Source: an uncultured Melioribacter sp. (GTDB lineage Bacteria > Bacteroidota > Ignavibacteria > Kapaibacteriales > Kapaibacteriaceae). From it: DNA of 61,500 nucleotides. The stretch spans positions 48,867-110,366 of the forward strand of contig CAZAGH010000001.1 in assembly GCA_964484755.1 (NCBI GenBank). Direction: 5' to 3'. Under the pieces are notes generated by a model. It saw nothing but the letters and a program-made list of their open reading frames with translations. It made no database searches and was not told the DNA's origin. Of the stretch, positions 11,388-20,827 are shown piece by piece. Numbering within the stretch: the first letter of the stretch is position 1; every line of letters begins with the position of its first letter. A program made the position numbers and the translations under genes.

Positions 11388-13745
11388 TTAAAACTCGACC
11401 ACCGTAATTCCGTCGCCCCCTTCGTGAATTGTTCCAATCCGGAAGGAAGATATTTGTGGGTGTTCATGAAGATACTCGTGCACTGCTTTGCGCATGGCAC
11501 CTGTTCCCTTACCATGGATTAGCGATGCCTGATGCAGTCCAGCCAGGATGGCATCATTAATAAACCCTTCTAGCGTCCGGAGGCCCTCGTCTACTCGCAT
11601 ACCCCGCATATCAAGCGTTGTCCGGGCATCGAGTTTTAGGTGCTCAACGACGTTGCGCTGAACGGGCCGAGTTGACTTCATCGAAGTTGAGCGGACAAGT
11701 TTTGTAAGGGGCACGTTAAACGTGATTCCATTGACATCGACCCTGGCATTTGCACCATCGATCGATAAAACTGACCCTGACGATGTGGTGCCGGCTATTG
11801 TGACAGCATCTCCCACGGTAACAGCAGCAGCCGCATCTGCCGCTTGCTCAACATGAGCACCCTCACGCTCAGTGATCGTTGCCTTCTCGAGCTCAAAGGT
11901 GTTCTTAATTGTCGATAAGGACTTCTGCTGCTCTCGGACCTCACGAATTGTGTTTTCTACCAACGCGTTCGCCTTGCGCAAGATCTCTCGCGCCTCTTCC
12001 TTGGCATCGTCGACAACCGTGCTGCGTTTCTTTTTAACCTCTGCGAGCCTGTTTTCAGCGTCTTTGCGCAATTGTTCAGCTTTCGCCAGATCGGCAGCGG
12101 CCTTCTGCTGCAGCTGTTGCGCCTCGAGGCGAAACGCCTGAATGGCCTGTATACTTTGTTCGAGCTCGTTGTGCCGGTCTCCGAGGTAGCCAGAAGAACG
12201 TTCTAGGACGATCTCAGGCATACCCACAGTTCGGGCAAGAGCAAACGCATAGGAGTTTCCAGGCACACCAAAGAGAAAGGCAAACGTTGGCTTCAGATGC
12301 TCACCATCGAACTCGAGCGAAGCGTTCGTGATAGAGGGACGCGTTAGCGCATACTGCTTCAGCGACGACTGGTGCGTAGTTACGACGAAACAGGCACCAC
12401 GCTCTATCAGTGAGTCAAGGATTCCAGCGGCAAGAGCCCCTCCTTCGGCGGGATCGGTTCCGGCGCAGATCTCATCAATGAGCACGAGAGCTTGGTTGTC
12501 GCAGTGCGAGAGAATATCACGCAAGCGGATGATCTGAGAAGAGAACGTCGATAGATTCGATTCGATACTCTGGTGATCACCAATTGCAGTCATGATGCGC
12601 CGGGGGTGCAATGAGCTCATGCCTAAGGGGAACATCCCCATCATTGCCATTGTGATCGACAATCCGATGGTCTTCATCGCAACTGTCTTTCCTCCAGCAT
12701 TAGGACCAGAGATCAAAATGCCCTTCGATGTCCGATCGAATCGAATGCTTAGCGGCACAATATCCTTAACAGGGTTCTTGGCAGCAATGGCGAGCAGCGG
12801 ATGCCGCACGTGCTGCAGTTCAATCTCATCGTCAGTGATGATCACCGGCTTGATTCCGCCATAATTCATGGCAAAGCGAGCCCTTGCGATCACGGAGTCG
12901 ATAAACGTGAGAACATCCACAGCAGACTCGATGGCATGGGAAACGGAGCCCACCTCCGCAGTCAGGGTCGTCAGAATCCTTATCATCTCGCGCTGTTCCC
13001 GTCCGTGCAGGATCGCCAGCTCGTTGTTCAACTCGTATGTCTCTGCCGGTTCGAGGAATACCGTTTGTCCCGATTGTGACATACCGTGTATGATACCCTC
13101 GACAGCCCGTTTGTTCTCAACACGTAGTGGAAGCACAAAACGTCCGTCGCGCTGCGTGACGAACTCTTCTTGAAGCAGCTCATCTTCACCGAACTTCTTC
13201 AGTATGCGCTGCAATCGCAACCGAAGTCGCGCACTTAGTTCATGAATGTCTCGACGTATCGATAGAAGCTCACGACTGGCGTTGTCACGAATAAGCCCCG
13301 TATCGTCGATGGCATCTGTTATGTGCTTTTCAAGAATACGATCATCTACCAATATCGAACAGCGGCCGTTTAGCGTTGGGGCCTTTAGAGCTTGATGGTA
13401 GAAATACGATTTGATAACCCTCGATGTTTGCAATGCCTCAAGGATGAGCAATAGATCAGGTGCCGACAGAAAATTGCCAGCAATGCGCGTGCGTGCAAGA
13501 AGGCCCGAGACATCTCCTAGACGCTCATACGGAATGGCCTCGCCAGAACGAAGTAGATCAGCGCATTCTCCTACACAGTCAAGATTGTGCTGTATCTCGT
13601 CGGCATCCATTGCTGGCCGAAGAGAGCGGACGTGGTCTGCCCCGGCGTGGGACACACAGTACTTTGCTACGGCTTCAAGGAGCCTAGGGACCTCTAGTTC
13701 TTCAAGCGAAGAATTGACTAGCGCAGAGACATCTAATCCTGTCAT
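11388..13745 (-). CDS. mutS2: endonuclease MutS2 (785 aa)
   Basis: It has the MutS ATPase Walker A (GPNAGGKTV), a coiled-coil linker and a C-terminal Smr domain (LDMRGMRVDEGL...LIHGKGTGAMRKAV). Confidence 0.9.
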   Translation of the reverse strand: MTGLDVSALVNSSLEELEVPRLLEAVAKYCVSHAGADHVRSLRPAMDADEIQHNLDCVGECADLLRSGEAIPYERLGDVSGLLARTRIAGNFLSAPDLLLILEALQTSRVIKSYFYHQALKAPTLNGRCSILVDDRILEKHITDAIDDTGLIRDNASRELLSIRRDIHELSARLRLRLQRILKKFGEDELLQEEFVTQRDGRFVLPLRVENKRAVEGIIHGMSQSGQTVFLEPAETYELNNELAILHGREQREMIRILTTLTAEVGSVSHAIESAVDVLTFIDSVIARARFAMNYGGIKPVIITDDEIELQHVRHPLLAIAAKNPVKDIVPLSIRFDRTSKGILISGPNAGGKTVAMKTIGLSITMAMMGMFPLGMSSLHPRRIMTAIGDHQSIESNLSTFSSQIIRLRDILSHCDNQALVLIDEICAGTDPAEGGALAAGILDSLIERGACFVVTTHQSSLKQYALTRPSITNASLEFDGEHLKPTFAFLFGVPGNSYAFALARTVGMPEIVLERSSGYLGDRHNELEQSIQAIQAFRLEAQQLQQKAAADLAKAEQLRKDAENRLAEVKKKRSTVVDDAKEEAREILRKANALVENTIREVREQQKSLSTIKNTFELEKATITEREGAHVEQAADAAAAVTVGDAVTIAGTTSSGSVLSIDGANARVDVNGITFNVPLTKLVRSTSMKSTRPVQRNVVEHLKLDARTTLDMRGMRVDEGLRTLEGFINDAILAGLHQASLIHGKGTGAMRKAVHEYLHEHPQISSFRIGTIHEGGDGITVVEF

Positions 13746-14197
13746 CAGGAGCCGCTCAGGAGTTGCTTGGTGATCGACTGAATCAGCGATCCATCGGCCT
13801 TACCCTTCAAGGTCTTGACAGCCATGCCCATGACCTTGCCAAAATCGCTGGGAGACGATGCTCCGAGTTCGGCAATGATCCCTGCAACGGCTGCACGTAC
13901 CTCGTCTTCTGACATCTGTTCTGGGAGGAACTCCATGATGATTGCCAGCTCCTCGCGTTCCTTGGCTGCTGCCTCCATCCGTCCTGCAGCATCGAACTGC
14001 TCAATGGCGTCTTTTCGCTTCTTTGCTGCAGAATTGATGATCTTGAACGCGTCATCATCCGTCATCGCGCGATCGATACCGCTCTTTTCAAACTCGAGAA
14101 TTCCTGCACGAATTGACCGCAGAGTCTCGAGTCGTACCTTGTCACCAGCCTTCATGGCTGTTTTGATTTGTTCGTTGATGTCATCGGTAAGGGGCAT
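13745..14197 (-). CDS. GatB/YqeY domain-containing protein (150 aa)
   Basis: The YqeY-like sequence (L.EQIK.AMKAGDK..L.TLR.I...I...E) matches. The stop shares one base with the mutS2 start (TGATG). Confidence 0.8.
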   Translation of the reverse strand: MPLTDDINEQIKTAMKAGDKVRLETLRSIRAGILEFEKSGIDRAMTDDDAFKIINSAAKKRKDAIEQFDAAGRMEAAAKEREELAIIMEFLPEQMSEDEVRAAVAGIIAELGASSPSDFGKVMGMAVKTLKGKADGSLIQSITKQLLSGS

Positions 14198-14234
14198 ATG
14201 GCGTCCTAAAAGCTCGTTTTACAGGGCAAAGTTC

Positions 14235-14261
14235 CGCAAAGATACTGTCCGTATCTTTGCG
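14235..14261. promoter_or_regulatory. perfect 11-bp-arm palindrome carrying two divergent Bacteroidetes-type -7 boxes (TATCTTTG on each strand)
   Basis: The sequence is cGCAAAGATAC-tgtcc-GTATCTTTGCg. On the plus strand TATCTTTG (14252-14259) ends 4 nt before the HAD ATG at 14264. On the minus strand TATCTTTG (14237-14244) lies about 40 nt upstream of the yqeY ATG at 14197. The same octamer precedes tRNA-Thr and queA. Confidence 0.45.
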
Positions 14262-14263
14262 CC

Positions 14264-14935
14264 ATGATTAAAGCCGTTGTCTTCGACCTCGACAATACCC
14301 TCGTAGACTTCATGGCCATGAAGCGTCAGGCCGTTGACGCTGCAATTGGCGCAATGATGGATGCCGGGTTGAACCTGACCCGTGACCAGGTCAAAACACA
14401 CATAGATGACATCTACAAGGAACTGGGTATCGAGTACCAGCAGGTGTTCGACAAGCTCCTTCTGGATGTGCTCGGCTATGTTGATCCGCGTATCATCTCT
14501 GCCGGCATTATCGCCTACCGCAGGGCACGTGAGGCAGCATTGAAGCCGTATCCGCACGTAACGGCCACCCTGATGCACCTCAATCGTCAGGGCATCAAGC
14601 TGGGCATCCTAAGCGATGCCCCGACACGGGAGGCATGGCTGAGGTTGTGCTTCATCAACTATCATCACTTCTTCGATGTTGTTGTAACCTTTGACGACAC
14701 AGGTGAACGCAAGCCAAGCCCCTTGCCATTCAAGACTGTACTGCAGCGGCTTGATGTAGCTCCGGAGAATGCCATCATGGTTGGCGACTGGGCTGAACGC
14801 GATATGCGTGGAGCTCGTAACGTTGGCATGAAGACCGCCTTTGCCCAGTATGGCGATTCGTTTGGCAATCAGGACCTTTCTGACGTTGATTACGTCCTTT
14901 CCGACATCAAGCAACTCCTCGACATCGTAGCATGA
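14264..14935 (+). CDS. HAD-superfamily hydrolase (phosphatase-like), 223 aa
   Basis: Contains HAD motif I (VVFDLDNTLVDF) and motif IV (MVGDWAERDMRGARNVGM). Confidence 0.8.
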   Translation: MIKAVVFDLDNTLVDFMAMKRQAVDAAIGAMMDAGLNLTRDQVKTHIDDIYKELGIEYQQVFDKLLLDVLGYVDPRIISAGIIAYRRAREAALKPYPHVTATLMHLNRQGIKLGILSDAPTREAWLRLCFINYHHFFDVVVTFDDTGERKPSPLPFKTVLQRLDVAPENAIMVGDWAERDMRGARNVGMKTAFAQYGDSFGNQDLSDVDYVLSDIKQLLDIVA

Positions 14936-15480
14936 TTCTTCCTGTCTACACCTACAATCACCCCGTCTTAAAGACTTCAACAGCGCGTATCGAAGACATG
15001 TCCGATGAGCTCAATGAGTTCATTCGCAACATGTTCGAGACGATGTATAATGCCAATGGTATCGGTCTGGCCGCAAATCAGGTTGGTAAGGGGCTAGCCA
15101 TCACCGTCATCGATACCGCAGAATCTGAAGACGCAGACGAGGCTGATCGCCCCCTTGTGATGATCAATCCTGTGATTGAGGCGTTTTCCGACGATGAACT
15201 GGAATTCGAGGAAGGCTGTCTTAGTCTGCCAGACTTTCACGACAAGGTGGTCCGTCCAGCTGAAATTCAAGTGCGCTATCTCGACGAACACATGAAAGAG
15301 CACACGCGCGAGGCAGGAGGTTTACTTGCCCGTGTTATGCAGCATGAGATCGACCATCTCAATGGCCTCTATTTTTTTGAACGGTTAAGTCCGATTCGTC
15401 GAACATTAGCTAGCGGAAAGCTCAAGAGAATTGCCCGAGGGGATATCGAGCCCGCCTATCCAGTGTTTCAACAACCATAA
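14932..15480 (+). CDS. def: peptide deformylase
   Basis: Contains the three deformylase motifs GIGLAANQVG, EGCLSLP and HEIDHLNG. The ATG overlaps the upstream stop (ATGA). Confidence 0.92.
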   Translation: MILPVYTYNHPVLKTSTARIEDMSDELNEFIRNMFETMYNANGIGLAANQVGKGLAITVIDTAESEDADEADRPLVMINPVIEAFSDDELEFEEGCLSLPDFHDKVVRPAEIQVRYLDEHMKEHTREAGGLLARVMQHEIDHLNGLYFFERLSPIRRTLASGKLKRIARGDIEPAYPVFQQP

Positions 15481-15525
15481 ACGAATACACGTCGATTGTC
15501 CAGACCATCTCACTCAAGAATACCA

Positions 15526-16995
15526 ATGAAGAACTACATCAACGGATCATGGATTGCGTCAGAATCAGGACGCACGTTTCAAAACATCAATCCAGCAGAC
15601 ACGCGCGATGTGATTGGAGAGTTTCCGCTTTCCTCGGCGTTGGACGTGCAAACTGCTGTTGAGGCCGCATCGAGCGCATTTAATGCATGGCGCTTGATGC
15701 CCGCTCCAAAGCGTGGAGACATTCTTCGCAAGGCCGGCGATATCTTCACGAGGCGCAAGGACGAACTTGCCGATATCATGACCCGTGAGATGGGTAAGAC
15801 GGTGACTGAGACAAAGGGCGACATTCAAGAGGCGATCGATACAGCCTATTACGCAGCCACCGAAACACGCAGGCTCTTTGGCTACACAGCGCCGTCTGAA
15901 ATGTCGAACAAAATGAATATGTCCTTCCGCATGCCTATTGGCGTTTGCGGAATCATTACGGCATGGAACTTCCCCATCGCTGTTCCGTCATGGAAGATCC
16001 TACCTGCACTTGCCGCTGGCAACACGGTTGTCTTTAAGCCTAGTGATGACTCACCCCACAGTGCAAACATCTTTGCTGAGATCCTTGAGGAAGCCGGGCT
16101 GCCGTCAGGAGTATTCAATGTGGTCCATGGCAACGCAGAGGCAGGCTCAGCAATCGTTGAACATCCAGACGTACGTGTTGTTGGCTTTACCGGTTCTACA
16201 CAGACAGGTACGGCAATCGCGGCGCGTTGCGGACAGCTCAACAAGAAGGTGTCACTCGAAATGGGTGGCAAGAATGCACAGATCGTTATGCAGGATGCAG
16301 ACCTTGAGTTGGCACTCGACGGGGTGCTCTGGGGAGCATTCGGTACAACCGGACAGCGTTGCACGGCCACAAGCCGCCTGATTCTTCACGAAGCAATCCA
16401 CGATCAATTTGTCGACCGTCTTATCGCCATGGCCAGTAAGCTCGTGCTGGGCGACGGTCGCAAGGACGGTACGCAGGTTGGTCCCGTCATCAATCAACGT
16501 CAGCTTGATAAGATCCTGTCCTACATCGAAATCGGAAAGCAACAGACAACGTGTGTTACAGGGGGCTTCCGGGATGTCGAGGGCGACAAGCAACACGGAT
16601 ACTTCGTCGCACCAACGATCTTCACAGGTGTAACGGCCGAGCATACCACATTCCGCGAGGAGATCTTCGGGCCAGTCCTCAGTGTTTCGAAGGTTTCTTC
16701 CTTTGAGGAAGCAATTGCGCTTGCAAACGACTGTTCCTACGGACTTTCCTCAAGCATTTACACGAGGGACGTCAACAAGGCCTTTGCTGCAATGCGTGAT
16801 ATCGAGGCAGGTATTACGTACATCAATGCTCCAACGATTGGAGCTGAAGCACACATGCCGTTCGGAGGAATCAAGGGCACTGGTAATGGTCACCGTGAAG
16901 GGGGCTGGACAGTATTCGACATCTTTACGGAGTGGAAGACGGTCTACGTAGACTACTCCGGTCACCTCCAGCGCGCGCAGATCGACAACTATTGA
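15526..16995 (+). CDS. NAD(P)-dependent aldehyde dehydrogenase family protein (489 aa)
   Basis: ATG 15526 (MKNYINGSW) is preferred over the TTG at 15496. The ALDH motifs are present: catalytic Glu in LEMGGKNA, catalytic Cys in GQRCTATSR, and EEIFGPV. Confidence 0.85.
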   Translation: MKNYINGSWIASESGRTFQNINPADTRDVIGEFPLSSALDVQTAVEAASSAFNAWRLMPAPKRGDILRKAGDIFTRRKDELADIMTREMGKTVTETKGDIQEAIDTAYYAATETRRLFGYTAPSEMSNKMNMSFRMPIGVCGIITAWNFPIAVPSWKILPALAAGNTVVFKPSDDSPHSANIFAEILEEAGLPSGVFNVVHGNAEAGSAIVEHPDVRVVGFTGSTQTGTAIAARCGQLNKKVSLEMGGKNAQIVMQDADLELALDGVLWGAFGTTGQRCTATSRLILHEAIHDQFVDRLIAMASKLVLGDGRKDGTQVGPVINQRQLDKILSYIEIGKQQTTCVTGGFRDVEGDKQHGYFVAPTIFTGVTAEHTTFREEIFGPVLSVSKVSSFEEAIALANDCSYGLSSSIYTRDVNKAFAAMRDIEAGITYINAPTIGAEAHMPFGGIKGTGNGHREGGWTVFDIFTEWKTVYVDYSGHLQRAQIDNY

Positions 16996-17342
16996 GCCCG
17001 CATTACAAGCGTTATCCCAGATCCTATCAATAGCATGCCTGCTACGGCCGTGTACGACACACGGTCGTGGCCGAGGATGTATGTGAGTGCAATCGTTGCG
17101 ACAAATGTTGTGGCGGTATTGACAGGAATGAATGCGCTAGGCTTGAATTGCGAAAGCGCATAGCTGAGCACAACAAATGATAGCAGCATAAGCGCTATAC
17201 CCGCCAGACCCTTGGTAGTCAAACAGGCTTTAAGGTACTCCATGATCGACTGAGGATTTTGCCCGAACGCACCGCTCAAGAGCATTGCCCCAGAAACACT
17301 CGTAGAAGACTGAACCAGACAGATCAGCAGCAGATTTGTCAC
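16989..17342 (-). CDS. small 4-TM DMT/SMR-like (EamA-half, ArnE/F-like) membrane protein (117 aa)
   Basis: Four hydrophobic helices in 117 aa. The GTG start overlaps the upstream stop (GTGA at 17339-17342). The family assignment rests on size and topology only. Confidence 0.5.
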   Translation of the reverse strand: MTNLLLICLVQSSTSVSGAMLLSGAFGQNPQSIMEYLKACLTTKGLAGIALMLLSFVVLSYALSQFKPSAFIPVNTATTFVATIALTYILGHDRVSYTAVAGMLLIGSGITLVMRAQ

Positions 17343-20300
17343 TTTGCTACTCCGCTGCCGATTCGCTGACGTTGCAACGCTTCGTAATACTGACGAATGA
17401 TGCTTTCGTAATCCCTCGTGTATCCCATCTTGAGCTGATCAAGCAGTGTCCGATTCTGCTGCTGCTTACTAGTTGGAAGCGCAAAATCAGCTGGGGACGT
17501 GCGCTGCACGTCCTTACCGGAATTTGACTCACGTGATTTTTCATAATCACGCTCCGTCATTGAACGTGATGCATCTAACAGCCTCGACAGAATCCGTTCC
17601 TGCCGAAGTCGTGTTTCAGAACTCACTGAGCCAGACTGCAAATCAGACATCACCTCTTGCATGTCCTTGGCGATCTGCTTCAGGTCTCCCAGCGGCTGGC
17701 GTTCACCGACGATCTTTTTACGCTCCTCTTCAAGCTCCTGTATGGCCTTCATCGCCTTGCCCTGCTGCGAGGCAAGTCTACCAAGCTCTGCCCTTCTCTC
17801 CATGTCTGAGCGTCCGCCATTGCCTTGGCCGAGCTGCTGCATACCCTGATTGATGGACTGTTGCTGATCTGCCAGCTGTTGGAGTCGTTGGAATGGACTT
17901 GGCTGCCCCTTTCCTTGACCCTGACCGGGCATGCTCCCTGATCCACCTTGACCTGAACCTTCTCCCTGCATCATCGATGAAAGGGCATTACTCATCTTTT
18001 GTGCGGCGCTATTCATCGCTCCCATGGCCTGCGACTGTGACTGCATGGCCTGTTGACTGTTACGCTGAGACATCGACTGCATGGCATCTTTCATGGACTG
18101 AAGCGCATCGCCAAGATCTTGGGCCATTTCAGGTGAGACGCTCATGGATTTCTGACCCAACTGCATCATCGAGTTAGCAATGTTCTGCATTGCTTCCTGA
18201 GCGCGCTGTTGCTTCTGGGCCAGCTGAGAATACTGTGATGAGTTCGGATCTAGCGATTTCATCTGTTCCCGAAGAGCTTCTTGATTTTTCGAGACGTCGA
18301 GAAGATCGTTGACCCCCTTTTGCATCTGACGCATTGCTTCGCGCTGACTATTACGACGCATTTCCCGCTTCATGTTCTTCATTTGCTGGGCAAATCGCTG
18401 CAGGTTATTCGATGCTTGTTGCTGTTTCGAAGAGGCCGACTGATTCTCTCCACGCTCCATCTCTTGCTGAGCTTTCTCCATCTGCTGCTCGGTTTGCTGA
18501 GCATCGAGATCCTTTTGAGCCTGCTGCATCTTCTCACTTGGCATGTCTTGTCCAACCTCTTTCATGAGGTTCTCCAGCTCTTTGGCCTCCTGCGCGAGTT
18601 TGGCAAACTCCTCATTTAGGCGCTGCTGTTCTTCAGCTAATCGCTTATTCTCTGCCTTGTTTGCTGGATTGGATTGCTCAGCGCGCTGTCGAAGCTCATC
18701 CTGCTTGCGAGCCAATTCTTCGGCCCGTTTTGCCAGTTCGTCTGTTTTTTGCTCTGCCTGCATCCGCTTCAAGAGATTAAGCTGACGTTCAAGGTTCTTC
18801 CGAAACTCCTCCTCGTTGAACTTAAAGTCCTTCATCATCTTCTGCATTTCTTCTGGAGAAATCTCATCCATCGCTTTCTTGAGCTGTTCCTGCATTCGGG
18901 CAAGCTCCGGCGACTTCAGCTCTTTCATGAGTTTCTGCAGTTCCTGATACTTCTGCAATGTCTCTTCAGAGATAGCACGATTCTCCTGCAGGTTCTGAGT
19001 CATCTGCTCGAGTTTCTGGGCTACATTCTCCATCTTCGATTCGAGTTCTTGCTGTCGCTTGAGAAGATCCTCGGCCTTCTTCTTGTCGGACCAAGAAACT
19101 TCTTGCTGTTGTTTCGACTGCTGTTTCTGCATCTCACGTTGAAGCTGTTCTGCTTCTTTACGCACAGCATCGGCTTCTTTGACAAGCTCCTTCATCTCTT
19201 TCTGAACGTCGGTTTGGGTCCTATCAGCGTTGGCGAACACTTCGTCTAGCGAAGGCATTCGGACGATCATGGTCGATGTCTTCGACTTCTTTGGTCCACC
19301 CACGACATCATTATCAGCAACCTCGACGTAGTATTCGTATGTGTCATCCGGTGTGATACCAATGGCTGCAAGATCCCACGTGTATGAAACGTCCTGGCTT
19401 ATCTCTTTGCTTGGAATGGAGATATTGATGCTTCGGAAGTTCTTTTCAGGCTCTGCGTAGCGTGAATTTGTCAATCGATACATCAGACGTAATGACGAGA
19501 ACCCATAGTCATCGCTGATTGTCGTCGTAATGCGGAGAGTGGCCTTCTCGGAGAGATTTACGTTATCCCTCGGTTCGACAAGAGCAATCATCGGATACGA
19601 ATCTGTTAGAGCTACTATTGATGCTGTCAAGGGATCTGAATTTCGTAATCCGTCGGTATCGATGATCTCCACAGCGTATTGACCATTTCCTGTGACACGA
19701 AATGCGCCGGCAGCTGTTGCCCCCCTCGCATCAAGTGCTATGCGCGAAGTGTCCTGAGCTCCAGTGGTGGAGTTTGAGCTTATGACCCGGACAAATGCCT
19801 GGCCAATTGTCTTGTTGCTCGTGATGGATAAACGAACGCTCGATCCAATGAGAGACGTCACGTCAGCAGCTGAAATCGACAGCTGTGTTGCAGGAAGCCC
19901 AGCGTACGAAGGGGGCTGCACCACCCCGGCAAATGAGCGCAGAAGCGGTCGGTCGATTACCGTAATGGCAGCCGTGTCAGTTGTTACTATAGACTCCAGC
20001 CAGGGGGCTGATGCATATACGCTAGCCGAGGATGTCATACCCTGTACGACAAAGCTGTATTTACCCTTTGCATCTCGTTGCACTGTGTGCGGAACATAGG
20101 CAGATGATGCCTTGTCACGAACATTAATCTGAATCTGTTCTGGCGGAATGCCCTTGGCTTCAACGTTGATCGTCGCATTAGCACCTCGAAGCAGCGTATC
20201 GGTCTCAACTACCAACCTGAGTTGGAAAGGAGCTGGAGGCAGGTACGAAACGTCATACGACATGAGTCGTTGAAAGCCCTGTTTGAGTTGCGGGACACCA

Positions 20301-20809
20301 AGTAACAGACTCAACATCAGACCTGATAGCACAACGCAGTAGGCCATCAAGCTGTGCTTGCGTTTCTTATCAATGATGACCGAAAAGTCTTTGTTCCTTG
20401 CCTGCTCTGCTACCTGAGTAAATGCTGCAGAAGCCAGTTCCCCCTCGGCACCAGCCTCGTTGGTCAATTGCAGAACATTAACGAGTTCGTCCTTTATGTC
20501 GTCGTAATGAGAACCGATGCGTACCGCTGTTTCCTCTACCGATTCATGTTTACGCAGACCCAGAAGCTTCATGACTGGGGGCAGCACAATGGCACCAATT
20601 CCAATCAAGACAATGCTGACAAGCGACCACCACATGAAAGCACGAGTCGACATACCCATGTTGAAGGCATGCTCCAGAAGACTCGCAAGCACGGCCAACG
20701 TCAGAGCGCCACTTGAAACCGCCACGATGCCCATTGCAGCATAGTACAAGCTCTCCTGTCGCTGAGCTGACCGGATTCGTGTGATGACTTCGTGTCGATT
20801 GGGTTTCAT
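17339..20809 (-). CDS. large membrane protein, DUF4175-like: N-terminal TM bundle, beta-rich middle domain, roughly 550-aa Met/Gln/Glu/Lys-rich coiled coil (1,156 aa)
   Basis: ATG at 20809 (MKPNRHEV...), with an alternative TTG at 20827. TM helices lie in the first roughly 190 aa. Heptad-like low complexity continues to about aa 1080, followed by a conserved-looking tail (RQERILSRLLDASRSMTERDYEKS). The DUF4175 call is from memory of that family's architecture. Confidence 0.6.
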   Translation of the reverse strand: MKPNRHEVITRIRSAQRQESLYYAAMGIVAVSSGALTLAVLASLLEHAFNMGMSTRAFMWWSLVSIVLIGIGAIVLPPVMKLLGLRKHESVEETAVRIGSHYDDIKDELVNVLQLTNEAGAEGELASAAFTQVAEQARNKDFSVIIDKKRKHSLMAYCVVLSGLMLSLLLGVPQLKQGFQRLMSYDVSYLPPAPFQLRLVVETDTLLRGANATINVEAKGIPPEQIQINVRDKASSAYVPHTVQRDAKGKYSFVVQGMTSSASVYASAPWLESIVTTDTAAITVIDRPLLRSFAGVVQPPSYAGLPATQLSISAADVTSLIGSSVRLSITSNKTIGQAFVRVISSNSTTGAQDTSRIALDARGATAAGAFRVTGNGQYAVEIIDTDGLRNSDPLTASIVALTDSYPMIALVEPRDNVNLSEKATLRITTTISDDYGFSSLRLMYRLTNSRYAEPEKNFRSINISIPSKEISQDVSYTWDLAAIGITPDDTYEYYVEVADNDVVGGPKKSKTSTMIVRMPSLDEVFANADRTQTDVQKEMKELVKEADAVRKEAEQLQREMQKQQSKQQQEVSWSDKKKAEDLLKRQQELESKMENVAQKLEQMTQNLQENRAISEETLQKYQELQKLMKELKSPELARMQEQLKKAMDEISPEEMQKMMKDFKFNEEEFRKNLERQLNLLKRMQAEQKTDELAKRAEELARKQDELRQRAEQSNPANKAENKRLAEEQQRLNEEFAKLAQEAKELENLMKEVGQDMPSEKMQQAQKDLDAQQTEQQMEKAQQEMERGENQSASSKQQQASNNLQRFAQQMKNMKREMRRNSQREAMRQMQKGVNDLLDVSKNQEALREQMKSLDPNSSQYSQLAQKQQRAQEAMQNIANSMMQLGQKSMSVSPEMAQDLGDALQSMKDAMQSMSQRNSQQAMQSQSQAMGAMNSAAQKMSNALSSMMQGEGSGQGGSGSMPGQGQGKGQPSPFQRLQQLADQQQSINQGMQQLGQGNGGRSDMERRAELGRLASQQGKAMKAIQELEEERKKIVGERQPLGDLKQIAKDMQEVMSDLQSGSVSSETRLRQERILSRLLDASRSMTERDYEKSRESNSGKDVQRTSPADFALPTSKQQQNRTLLDQLKMGYTRDYESIIRQYYEALQRQRIGSGVAK

Positions 20810-20827
20810 GCGTTGTATGCTGCTCAA

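Noticed and set aside
14235-14261. Reading the perfect hairpin as a bidirectional intrinsic terminator.
   Set aside because: It lies between two divergent gene starts, not downstream of any gene. It has no flanking T-tract. Its arms match the promoter -7 consensus that recurs at other gene starts.
18281-19249. Long plus-strand ORFs (112, 80 and 191 aa) rich in Leu/Phe/His lie opposite the coiled-coil region.
   Set aside because: They are antisense shadows of the GAA/CAG/AAG-rich minus-strand coiled-coil coding sequence. Their composition is low-complexity, they have no start context, and they are fully contained in a much longer, coherent gene.
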